64,000 nucleotides of DNA from Raillietiella orientalis (lineage: Eukaryota). This document shows, piece after piece, positions 1 through 11,900 of this stretch (the stretch's first letter is position 1; each line of letters opens with the position of its first letter). Made by a program: the position numbers and the translations under genes. Under the pieces are notes generated by a model. The model was not told the origin of the DNA, did no database searches, and saw nothing but the letters and a program-made list of their open reading frames with translations. Location: NCBI GenBank assembly GCA_036172245.1, contig JAYWIR010000005.1, positions 5,580,001 through 5,644,000 of the forward strand. Direction: 5' to 3'.

Positions 1-315
1 CGTCAGGACCACCGGCTGCTCTCCGTCGAAGAAAGTGTTCAGGTAGCTGAAGGTCGTCAGGTACGTGTAGGGGAACAGCCTAAGCTGCTGCTCGAACGAG
101 AGGGCGCTGGCCGTTTGCGTCTCGTCGCGAAGCGTTCTCGAGAGGAACTTCGCTTCCTGCGTGACGACATTCGACACCACCTCGGTGGTGGACGTGAAGG
201 CGGTGCTCGTCCCCCTCACGGTGCTGTCGAAGTAGGTGAACGTCGTGAAGTAGGTCTTCGTGTAGAACTCGGCCGAGTTGCTCCTCAGGGAGGACAGGAT
301 CTCGTGGTTTTGGAT
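1..315 (-). CDS. Exon of large DUF4758-type repeat (mucin-like) protein gene; continues beyond the left window edge
   Basis: Manual translation after the CTGCAG acceptor (AG at 317-316): IQNHEILSSLRSNSAEFYTKTYFTTFTYFDSTVRGTSTAFTSTTEVVSNVVTQE...YTYLTTFSYLNTFFDGEQPVVLT. It has two copies of the YxTTFTY...VxNVV motif that recurs in the 2708-aa ORF. Not in the ORF track. Confidence 0.88.
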   Translation of the reverse strand, partial: MQNHEILSSLRSNSAEFYTKTYFTTFTYFDSTVRGTSTAFTSTTEVVSNVVTQEAKFLSRTLRDETQTASALSFEQQLRLFPYTYLTTFSYLNTFFDGEQPVVLT

Positions 316-393
316 CTGCAGGCACCAGAATCATAGTTGTCACCCTCCTTCCCCCGGCTGCCGGCCAGCTGCTTCGCGATCCGAAATGCTCAC

Positions 394-515
394 CTCCGTG
401 TCCCCGTTCTCAGGAGTGTTGCCCACGTACAGGGCGTTCGGCAGCTTGTTGGGCCTCATCGGTCTTTGGAAGCTGTCGAGGAAGACAGCATTGTTGTGGG
501 TGCCAGTTGGCTTCT
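394..515 (-). CDS. Internal exon of the same gene (phase 1 to 0)
   Basis: Acceptor gtttcctttcaccAG (517-516) and donor GTGAG (393-389). Open frame (E)KPTGTHNNAVFLDSFQRPMRPNKLPNALYVGNTPENGDTE joins in frame to exon 315-1 across a 78-nt intron (316-393). Confidence 0.75.
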
Positions 516-690
516 CTGGTGAAAGGAAACATCAGTGAGGGGTTCGCTTACGAGTAAGCGCGCGCTTGAGCGCACGGTCGTGCGGAGAATGGGGTAGAAA
601 AGAATAGGTGATGGCGGACAAAGATGACCTCATGCTCCAGCAAGAGAGAACAGAAAACACTAATCATCAGTCAATAGCGGGCTGATGGGT

Positions 691-719
691 GGGGTGTGGG
701 CTAAATAAGCCCACACCCC
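691..719. repeat. Perfect 12-bp inverted repeat (hairpin), intronic
   Basis: GGGGTGTGGGCT-aaata-AGCCCACACCCC. Confidence 0.85.
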
Positions 720-3700
720 CATCTCGGTTGGATCTCACAAGCAGTCCGTTCCATATTCTCACGAGGAGTGCATTTCCTGTCTTCCAAGGTACCAACGGAC
801 TAGGAATGGGAGCGAGACACCCCGCCCGTCTCCCACGAGACCCCACCCTACATGACTAACTCTCTGGTGGGAGAGGATGCACCTGAGCAACAAAGAAGAT
901 GAAGGAGAAAAAAGACAAGTGGCTTAGGAGAGACCGAGTGCGGGAGAGAGAGGGGAGGAGACGAAACCCGATTAAAAGTGGGTGGAAGAGGAATCCCTTA
1001 GTACACTCTCAAAATTCAACATTGAATCTCCCAACATCAGCATCATGCAATGATTAGGAAAAGAAACGACACGTTACGTCCCATCTATTCAGTAGGCCCG
1101 CGGTTTCTTTCCTTGTGAGCTTTCTTTGGCGGGACGCCGTTCCGCCAAACGGCAAGTACACGGAAGCAGAGAGACCACGGGCCTCGAAGAAACGCATCCC
1201 CCTGAAACCACCCTTCGCCCCATTTCAGCCCAGGAGATTTGCAAGCAAAACACGATGAACGGATTTGGAAAACTTAGCTGCGTCCCGTCCTTCACACGCT
1301 TCGGTCTCTGCCACTGCGTGTCGGAAGCTGCCACAACTACCGATTCTTGTGCAGCTTCGGGCAGGCGAGTCCTTGAAGGATTCTGCGACGACCCAGAAAC
1401 GGGAATGCCAAAACAGCGCGCTCCGCACTGAAAGGAGACCCGTGATCTCTTCCCCCCCCCTTTCCTTCCTCCTGGTGGTGCCTCCTCATTCGTGCGCGCG
1501 CGCGCGGAACAGTGAAGGTGAAGAGGTTTCGAAAGACTCACGAAATTTCCTGGCACCGCGAGAATTCTAACTGAACAAAAAAGGAAGAAGATTCAAGTGC
1601 TATCCTACGCAAGGCTAGGGAGGAAACTTCGAGAAACACACCAGGAAAGATCGAACAGCGAACAGCAGCAGGATCGATGCCGCCAACCCGGATTTCTGGA
1701 TCCTCCTTGTCCCTAAGGAAATCAAAGCGCCTCGGAAAAGATCATGCTGCCTGGAGCCACGGGATGAGACCCATGCGGCAGTCGCAACGGGCGTCCGGAG
1801 TCCAGAGATTCAAGAAAATTCAACGTGACTACCCGTAGATACGGGAACGAGAGGAGGACGGACGCCTGCACTGCAGTTCAGTGCGGCGCATCGCGATGGC
1901 GGAGACTCCTCGGGCGGTTTGGTGGATGCGTGCAATCGAGGCCGCTGCATCCTTCAGTTCCTGTGGCGGTGCCTCGTTCTCCTTCATTCCGACCGGCAGG
2001 AATGGACGTGACTGGCGGACGTCCGATCCCTGCCTCGCGCGCCGCAAACGCCGTGCGAGGCGGGAATCGAACTGCGGCTTCCCCAGTTCGGTCCTCGCAT
2101 CCTGGTACCAGTCGACTCGGCTTCCGTGAGGGACGGAAGCCCGCCGCCACACTCGGTGCGCGTTTTCGCCGGAGGGCCTCACTGGACCACGAGAGAAGCT
2201 GGTCTTTTCCCAGATTGCTGTCGTTCCTCGAGCGCCGCAGGCGTTTTACTTCGCGTCCAACAGAGCTACCAAGGGAAGATGATACCTGCAGGCTGTGCGC
2301 GAATCCAGTTCGGTTGGCAAGCGACTCCGACTCTTTTGTTCGATCAGAGAGAAGGCATGGAAGAGATAAAAGCGAATATTTAACCCGAGTCTTCTGGGTT
2401 CCCGCTTCATTTCCATCTGGCGCAACCGGAAGCTTCCGAAAGCAGTGCAGATCAGTCTGCGACGACTTCGCTCTCGCAATGGCTGCAGTCGCTCCGACCG
2501 CCAAACAGAGGCGTCGTCGTGGAATGAGAAAACAAAAGATAGAAAGGAAGTGCGGGTTGTCTTCGCCAAGTGAAGATGAGAAGAAACTGTCTCCTAAATC
2601 TTCCTATTAATGGGTGACTGTTGGGAGCGGGGGTGGAACCACCGTCACAAGAGCTAGCGAAACGACAACGCGGAGCGTCGCACTCTCCTGGGGAGGTTTG
2701 TTCCCTGAGGAAGGTCTTCACAGGAGTTTCAAATTACGACCTCTTGCTTCCCTCTGGAAGTTTCAGTTTCGGAATTCTTTTTTCCCGCGCTTTGGAAAAA
2801 TTCGTCTTTGCGGAACTCGCATGGATTTCCTACTCTGGACGAAAGACGCACCAACTCCCTCCCTACGAAATGCTGAGACGCGATCTGGGACACGCTTCCC
2901 GAAGTCTTCTCTGGTTTAAGAATCCGAAGACGTCAGTCATAGCTGCGTGTCACCAACACCAACGGGGAGGAGGGAGGGGGGTGCACTGTTGGCGGCACAG
3001 CACGAAAGGAGAAAGGATTGGAGAAACCGAAGGATGCGGATGAGTGGATGCTCACCCTGAGCGACCATTCTGTTTCGAGTCAGAAATTCACGGGAGAAAA
3101 CCGGATGCCAGCAGAAACACTCTGGAGCGAGACTCCGGGCCGATCAAACAGGTGCGTTGCAGCAATGAGAACGATCGAGGTGTTGGTCCTCTTAATCGCA
3201 AGCCATCAACAAGAGCGACGCTGATGCCCGTTGTTAATGACAACGCTTGTCGAAGCAATGTATTACGTGACGTTTGACGTGCTTTTGCATTTCACGCAAA
3301 ACGAAACATCAAGCGCACACGTGTGCATATACTACACACATGCATGCATACGTATATAAGCGTACGAAACTTCTGCCTGTGAAGGAAAAAAACAAGGGAA
3401 GGGGATGGTAGTGGAATAAAATGTTTACTTCGATGGACTCAGTGGGTGAGGCATGCGATGGTTCGAGAGGAACAGTGCTTGGAAAGAACTTTCCAAGCCC
3501 TGTTCTTAAGCAGCCAATTTCTGATGCATGCGAAGAAAACCCCCTGCCAAAATCTTTAGAACATCGGGCGATGACTTCTCGCAGCGCTTCTTCCATCATT
3601 CAAAAACACTTGAAGGCAATAAAATTATTAACCCAGACAGGGATGAAGGAATGATGTCAGAGTTTCGTTCACCACCGTGGCTTCGGATTCTCGACAGTCT

Positions 3701-4068
3701 TTACGAAATAGGAATAATTGGAAAGGGTCAAATGCATTCAGCTGCCATGAACGCAGTGCACGGTCCCATTATCCCATAAAAAAGAAGTTAAGAGACAAAG
3801 CGCGAGCGCGGTTCTTCTGGTGTCGCTCTAGGCACGCAGCCAATTTCTCACGCAGCGTGAAGGACGATGCTTTTGAGGAAGCCGAGTAACGGGGACTGTG
3901 GGGACCAAGACGTTTCTCGCGGAGGCAAAACGACCCTCCCTAAGGAGGGCTTTGACATTCCCGCGCGAGAGGTACGCCGGGGGTCCAGCAGCGGAAGTCA
4001 CGTCGGCATTCGTCAGGCGGAGGGGAGCGCGGAGGAAGAAGAACACGAATCCGACCGCATCCACTTAC

Positions 4069-4158
4069 CGACGATGATCATCTCTAGCCCGTTCTTCAGC
4101 TGCTTGGTCGACAGGATCCTCTGGCGTGCGTTCCTTTCAGAAGTCTCGTCGGAGTTTT
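4069..4158 (-). CDS. 90-nt symmetric (phase 1-1) exon of the same gene
   Basis: Acceptor gtgtatctctAG (4160-4159) and strong donor GTAAGT (4068-4063). Encodes (E)NSDETSERNARQRILSTKQLKNGLEMIIV, which resembles a segment I recall from insect DUF4758-type proteins (RKILATKxxxNGVEVIV). Phases match both flanking exons. Confidence 0.8.
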
Positions 4159-5922
4159 CTAGAGATACACACGAGATGAAGCACATTATTTTGGAATCAC
4201 TTCGCGATAGGCAGCTCAAAGCAAAAAAGACTCGACTCCCTTGCCGAAGGGGAGGGGGAGCTGAAGGAAGGGTCAGTGCTGGACAAAACCATGGAGGGGC
4301 CCAAAAGTGATCCAGGAAACGCGTTCCCGCTGTGGCGGCAAACACAGCCCAGGACCTCCTCTGCCCAGTCTGCTTGTTTGCTGACGTATGCGTGATGCGT
4401 GCGCGTATGCTGAGTGTGAGAGCCTGGCGCGTGTATGCATGGCGTACGACGTGGGCGTCCGGGCGACACGAGCGCTGTTAGTGTTTGGGATAGATGGGGA
4501 CTCCTTGCTCGCATGGTGCCAATCCGGGCGATGGGTGGAGGGAGCTCTAGTTGCTATGGCTTTACTTTCGCGTGATCTTTCCGATGCACCACGAAAGGAA
4601 CGCTTCCCAATGTGAGGATTTCCAGTGATGGTGGCATTTGGGGCACGCGAAAGAGATCGGACAAGGCTCTCTCCAGGGCGCAAGCGCGAGTTAGGAGGAA
4701 GAGGGGCAGGTCAAGAGAGGAAGAAGGAAATTCCAGAGTGTGCGCTGAGGACAGGTCTCGGATCTGTTTGGTTGAAAACCGGAGCAGGCTCTTGGGCTTG
4801 GGCGCACTGGCGATGACGTAATGTTTCCTAGTGCTCCGGAAGATTTACCGGTAATGACGGGCGAAGGGGAAGTCTCAGGATGGGACGCACGATGCTCAGC
4901 CACGTGCCGAACTGTCTCCATTCCTTCCCCCTCCCTCTTGACATATTTCGTGCGATCTCTGAGGCCCCTTGTAAGACGAGCCGATGGAACGCCTCCATCG
5001 TCTCAGCCTTGCCCTGACTGAGCACAAGAGCAAAAAGAGGTCATTCCAGATGGTGCTGAGATGGAGAGGACGCAGCAGGGAAAGAGGTGCGTCTTCCCCC
5101 CCCTCCACGAGGCGCGTTGAAGGGGAACGTGAGAGAGCGCTGGAGCCTTCTGAAGTTGATGAGGGAGGCAAGGAGGAGCTTCAGTATGGAGAAGTGGAAA
5201 AGCTAGAGGGAAAGGAGCGCCCGTATCCGCTCGGAGGGGCGTTTCCTAAGTCCTGCCTTCCCCGTTTCGGCGCGCACGAAGTGGAAGACACCGCTGGGGA
5301 ACTTGCCAGAGGTGGAGGCGGCAGGCGAGCGAGCGAATCAGGCGCAAGGAGGATGCTGATTTTTCGGGGAGATTTCCTCGGAAGCCAGCACCCCCATGGG
5401 AGGCTGGATGAACCGACCCGTGAGGGGAGAGGAAGGGAGACTGAAGACCAACCGGACCGACCGATGAAGTTGCAAGGCCGATGGTCCCAGAAGCTGGCAG
5501 CAGAGAGTATGCGGCGAAGAATCTCAAATCCTCACTTTCCTCCTCGTCCGCCATACCCCATCCTGCCCCCTTCGTCTTCCTCTAGCGGAAGGTTCCGATC
5601 TGGTGGGTTTTGGCGGTAGGTTCGCGGCAGACTTCGGCGCCTCGCAGCATTTCCGGAGCCCGACTGGCAGTTAGAAGAGAGCGCACCGCCGAGCACAAGG
5701 AAACAGCAGTTCCTGGATGAGGAAGAAGAATCATGTGGAGAAGAAGAGGAAGGAAGGTTAAAGGCGTGAGGCTGAGGTCAACGGCCTGTGGCAGAGTGCT
5801 CAAGAAGACAAGGGAGACTGCTGAGCGCTAAAGTGGAAGTAAGGTTGGGGTCGGCAGAGAAAGATGGTCAGCGACAGAAGACACAAGAAGACGAGGATGG
5901 CCGTTCCACGTGGCCAACTTAC

Positions 5923-8900
5923 CGCTACTTTCGAGGCTCTGAAAAGAAATCACTGAACCTTCGGGTTCCGTGATGTAAGAGGTGGTCCAGTCCTGGATTT
6001 CGGATGAATCCTCGTCCTCGGAATCAGGGAAGGAAGGAGAGAGCTGACTGTCCGACACGCGATTGGCGGAATGATCAAGACCGGGAAGAAGGGATAAGGA
6101 AAGCGGCTCCTGGTCCGGGAGATCAGCTGCCTCTCTCGAGTCGGAGATCAGAAGGTTAGCGTCCTCAGCATTTAGAGCCCTCCTCAGGCTGATCAGGTGG
6201 TCGAGAAAATCCTTCTCAGGTGCCGCCGCTGCAGGGTCCCTCCAGGACGTCCATGGCGACTCGTCTTGGATCGGCGGCTTCCTGTCGCCAATGCTTTCGG
6301 GATGGTACCCGCTGCTGGCTTGGCCATTGTCGTCGTCGTCATCGTCGTCGTACTCCACATACTCCGTGTCGTTTTCGTCGTCGTCGAAAAGATCCTCCTC
6401 GTCTCGGAGTCTCACCCAGGACGACCGATCGTCCCTGAACGGGCGTTCCGGAGACTCTGGAGGAAAGAGCGCAGGGCTCCGCCAACCGTCTCCGCCGCCA
6501 ATGTCGAGGGGACTGTGGGTTAGCATAGGAGGTCGCTTCCGGATGCGGGAGGGTGCCGGAAACTCGGTCTTCAGGGAGAAGCGGACGCTGCCGCGGTGGC
6601 GGTAGCTGCTGCTCCTCCCAGCGTCGGATGAGTCTACCCGTGTGTAGGGCGAAAACGACGGCCCCGGGGGCTTGGGAGGTGTCGTTGCTCTCTCCGGGTC
6701 TCGAACGACGTCAAAGCGGCTGGACTGCAGCTGCATGTCTTCGCTGTCTTCACTGCTCTTGCTCAGGAGAAATTCCTTGGGGAACTCGGCGGGGTCTGAG
6801 TGCCTCCACGATGCTTCGCTTCCGGAGGAAGCAACGCTCGGGAAAACCTCCGGAAGAGGAAGGGAAGGGTCCGATACCACACTGCTGAGGCCGCCCGAAG
6901 GCCTAAAGTAAGTTGCAGAGACCAGGAGCACCCTGGACGTGCCTGCGCTGCCGATCCGCTCTCCCAGGTCCGCGGTTCCTCGATTTCTCTCCCAGACGTA
7001 GCTTCCTCCTCCTTCTTCCTCATCCCTGTCGTCAAGGAACTTCTTCGTGAATCCCTCCCGCGAGGGATCAAGAGGTCCCGGACTCAGCTCCGAAACAGTG
7101 ACAGCCGTGGTCGAGTAGCTCGTGGAACCAGGAGTGGTGACGACTGCGTACAAGTAGGAGAACTCAGTCATGTAAGTTTCCAAGGCGATGGTGTCCTCGC
7201 CGCTGGCGTCGTGATCCGTCATCCGAAGCAGATCAAAGGAGAGTTGTTCTTCTGACAGTGGTCCCTCTTGAAGTAGTGGCGGCGAAGAAAACCCGTCCGT
7301 CGCTGCGGAGCGATCGTCCCCATCGGCGTCCTCAGCAGGATCCGTGAACTCTAGTGGTGCCGCCACCGATTCCTCCTCCTGGAGCAGGAGAGGAGGAGAT
7401 GGAAGCTGTGAGAATGTGAGTTCTGACAAGGGAGCTTCTGCCGTCCCATCTCCGAGACCCAGCTGGGGGTACGAGCTGGTGGTGAAGACCTCCTCCTGGG
7501 CGACTCCATCCAAGATCGCCGTCGGGCCAAGTTTCTTGTTCTGGTTCCTGAGGTAGCTGGAGAGGGCGCTCCTGCCAGCGGCCAGCAGGCGCACCACCTC
7601 CTTGCTGATCTGGACGGTGGGCGTGACGGCCGCCTCCGACCCAGCAGACCGGCTGGGGTGGATGGTAGTCTCCTTAGTGAAGTCCTGCAGGTGAATGTTG
7701 GCCGTGCGGAGGACGGCGACCAACTCCGAAGAGGAGGTCACGAAGGAGCCGCGTACGTCATCCGAAGTCGTGTACACGTGTGTGAAAGTCTTGTAGTACA
7801 CGTCCGGTTTTAGCAGCAGCACCGTGTGCTCGTTGATCCTGCTGTGACGCAGCTTGGCGACCTTCCTGGTCCTTCGGTCGGAAAAGGTGGTGGCAGTGGT
7901 GCCCCCCCCTCTCGCATCGCCGTCGCCACTGCCTTCTGGAGGCTGGCGGGTCGCTTCGTCGGGAACGTCATCGATACCATCCTGATGCAGAGAGGAAGGA
8001 CTATAGGCCCACGGTAGCACCGAGGTCTCCTCGAAGGCGGTTCTGAACGCTCCGGGTGGATCCTCGAAGGTGGGGTCTAGCTCGAACGGCAGCTCCTCTG
8101 GAACTCGAGAGTCTCTTCTTCCTCTCCCAGAGAGGTCGCGCCTCCCTCTCCTGCTGCTGCGGAGGCGATCCACCCCATCCTCAAAGGCTCCATTTCCAGA
8201 GACAACGGTTCGAGTTGGTGGCGTGGAAGCTGACGTGGGTGTCGGCTGCAGCAGCCCCTGCCGGAGGCTCGCCAGCTCGTCTCGTAGACCTCGGAGCACC
8301 TCCTGGCGAGGTGCTGGAACGGTCTCATACTCGGTCGCGGTGACTACGGACAACTTGGAGCTAACGAGCGTCGTCTGGATTGTCGAACCCCGGAATATCA
8401 CCGGCAAAGTGATGGTGGAGTACTGGGTCAAGGTGGACGTGTAGACAGACGTTCTGGTGTCGTAGGCGGGTGGAGCAAGGGGGGGGTGACCATGGTCAGG
8501 AACGTCCACAGCGCTCCCGATGAGTTTCTCGAGGAGGCCAAGGAGAACGGCCGCGGAGTCGGTAGTCCTGGTTACCGTCTCCACCAGTTCGTACACAGTG
8601 TGGGGAGTCACTTCGGTTACCAGCCTGGACCTGCCGCGTTGCTCCTTGACCTTGCTGTAGGAGATGCTGGTCTCGACGCTGGAGGTGATGAAGAAGGAGG
8701 TCACCTCGGTGACTCCGATAGTCGGCGTCGCCGAAATATCCCTAAGGAACAGCTTGACCTCGCCTCCGATAGTGGTGCGCGAGTACTGCTCCGGGAGCAC
8801 CACAGTCGTCGTCCTCGAGGAGGTGAGCAGCTTCCGGTGAGATGTCGTCCGGCCGTAGTCGTCCTCCAGTGGCAGCGTCAGGGCAGTGGGGATGCTGTAC

Positions 8901-11900
8901 GTGACGGTCAGCTTCTGCTTCTCTTGGATGCCTCGGTCACCTCCTCCATGGGAGAAAGGAGTCAGGGCATTGGGCTGGAACCCCTTCTTCCGGTAGATCC
9001 TGGCCCTCCTTCTCTCGCTGAGCCTTTGGGTGGGGTAGGCGGAGGTAGTGGTTGGTTTGCGGAACCTCCTCCTCTGTGAGAAAGTTGGTCGCTGTTGTTT
9101 CCGTGAGAGAACTGAGTCCGTGGTCGGGGTCGTGCGTTGTTGTTGCTGCTGCTGCTTGAGGCTTCCCCTGCGGGCGTTCCATCTATGCGTAGGCAGCGCC
9201 GGGGATGAGGGGAGATCTGACTGCTCCTCTTCCTCTCCCGGCCGCGTCCTCTGGAAGTCTTCCGCCTCCCTCTCGTTCCTCCTCCTCTCCACGAGGCTCC
9301 TCCTCCTCCTCCTTTGCCTGTCCACCAAGGTTCTGTCCTCCTCCTCATCAGTCTCCTCTTCTGAGGCGGAGGCGGCAGTCGTTGTTGTCCTCTTGAAGAG
9401 AGGGTTCCTTCTAAGCAGGGGAGGTCTGCTGCGAGGCGGAGGGACCGAATGAGTAGTAACACGGTCGACCTCCCCTTCCTCTTCTTCCGAGACGACTGCA
9501 GCAGCGGTGGTCGCTGAGGTCCTCGGTGGTCGTGTAAACGGTCTCAAGGTCCTGCCGCGCGATCTGCTCAAAAGCTCCCGGAACCTGTCCACTGGCCTCT
9601 CCCGAAGCGTGAAAGCGGGTCGGGATCTAGAGGCCGGGTTTCCACTGGGGTCGTCAAGCTGCGCTTTCTCAGTGGTGGCGGCGCCGAAGATGGAGTTCTC
9701 TGCGTACTCTTCCTCCGTCCTCTTCTCGTCTTCCGGGATGTCTTCGGGATCCGCCGTTGTGGCAGAGTCATCTGCCCTGTTATCAGGGGTCGTAGGAACC
9801 CCATCCTCGGTTCGCAGTAACTGCTGAGGATCCCTGCCGAAGGACGGCTGCGTCCTCCTCCTGGCGAAAAAGGCGGACGTGATCCTCCTGCCAGTGTCTT
9901 GGGGGGGTGAGTCCGCTTCCCCGCCCCTACGTTTCGGGAACGGAGGGCTCACATCGGGAGACTGTAGCTGCTGCTGCTGCTGTTGAGTTCTTCTGGCGGA
10001 ACCGAAGGCGACGGCGCTGCCCACAGAAGAGAACCTTGGGCGAAAGGAGCGTCTGGTGAACTCTGGGGGGTTCGGGGAGGAAGGGGAAGGGGACAAGAAG
10101 TCCTGCACCTCCGGCCCGGAGGCTGCGGAGGAAGAGCCGAACTTGCCGCGGAACCTTTTTGTGGGCACCACGGCGACGGCGGCAGTCGCACGCTCGGGCT
10201 CGTTCTCAAGAGCTCCCACTTCCTTGCGGAACCCGAAGGACTTCCTCCTGGCTGCGCCACTGGCAAAGGAGGGAGGCTCGCGAGCACTGCTCGGGGGAGT
10301 AGCCACCAGGGTGGGTCGGAAGGACTCCCTGGTGATAATGGCGGCGGCAACGCTAGGAGAAGGTCTGACCCGGTTGCCGAGGAACGAGGGTCTCGTGCGG
10401 GACTTGAAGGGACGGATGAAAGGGGTGAACGCCTGGGTGCTCTCGGCATCCGTTGACGTCGTAGAGGTCGTGGTAGTTGCAGTCGCAGCCTCCTCTTCCT
10501 CCTCCTCCTCCTCCTCTTCTTTCTCCTCCTCCTCCCCTGCAGCAGCCGCCAGAACAGTAGCCGTTGTCGAAGAAAGGTCGACTCCTTCCTCCTCCACGCC
10601 TTCAGGGGACGCCTGCACGGGATCCGTCACCTCCTCCGTTTCGCCAATGTCGTCGGCGACGACGACTTTGGAGGTACTCTCCACCACCTGGGAGTAAGTC
10701 CCTCCGATGGACGTTCCCAGGAGGCGCGTCTCGTAGAAGGTGGTCCGTCCTGTTTGGACGATGGAACCTGTGATGAGACGGATGAGGCCAAGGGGTTCCT
10801 CAGGGACGGAAGTGGACCCCGCGTAGTCTGGGTCGACCTCGAGCCTCGAGGTGCTCTCGATGACCTGGGCGTACAGGCCACCCACGTACGTTCCCAGTGC
10901 GCGGGTGGTGTACACCACCGTGGACGGTTCCTGGATGATGCTGCCCAAGTCTATGGAGATCAGTCCGAGAGGGTGTTCTCGTTCGTCGTCGTTGTCATGA
11001 ATTTTCGGGGGTTCGCGAGGCAGTGGGGGAGTTGCACCCTCGTTTATTCCTTCCTCTTCATACTCTCTTCTCCCTTCCTCCGTCGTGTTCTGGTCCTCCG
11101 TCGCCGACGGTGTGGTGCCATCGCTGTCTCCGTCTTCTGAAGATTCTTCAGGAATAACCTCGGACGGGGGAGCAGGATGCAGGGTCTCCGTGACCACGTT
11201 AGTCACCGTCTGCAAACTGCTCTCCACGATGCGGCTGCCGTCCACGAAGGAAGTCGTGAAATAGGTGAACGTGGTCAGGTAGGTGACCAGTGAGAGTTCG
11301 TCGTGGTCGCCTCCACCGTCACCGTCGTCCGAGAAGGAGTCCAGCAGGGTGATTGTCGCATCCTCCTGTTCGGCTTCTTCTTCCGTAGCCGTCTGCCACG
11401 AAGGGTAAGAATGCTCCTGCTGCTGCCCGTCTTCAGCATTGGAGACGTCTTCCGGGATCGCTCCCTGCGTGGAGTCCGGGTCGCTTTCAGCGAAACCATG
11501 GGAGATGACAGAGCTCTCAAGCTCCTCGCCACCACTACCTCTGTGGTGGTGGAAGCGGCTGAGGTCCTCGGAGGGAGAAGGAAGAGAAGGTGGAGCGGCC
11601 GTCGTCACGGGTGCAAGCTGCTGCTGCAGCGGGGTGGAGGACGAGAAAGCTCGATGTCGGGAAGGAGGACTGGCAAAGAAGCTGCCTCGAAGCGAGGAGG
11701 GTAACCTCACTGAGCCGAGACCTCCGCCTTCTTCCGCCGTCTGCAATCCAGAGCGGACGGTCTGCCCTCTCAGGAGAACGTTCGTGAACACCTCGTAAGA
11801 GGTGTTGACCACCTTCTTGCCGCCGGAGAACTTTGTGCTCACATAAGTGTAGGTGGTGTACAGGGTGGACTCCACGTCGTCAACCGTTGCCGTTGCCGCC

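Noticed and set aside
3313..3366. Alternating purine-pyrimidine tracts (also 1491-1506 and about 63790-63990)
   Set aside because: Degenerate simple repeats with no evidence of function.
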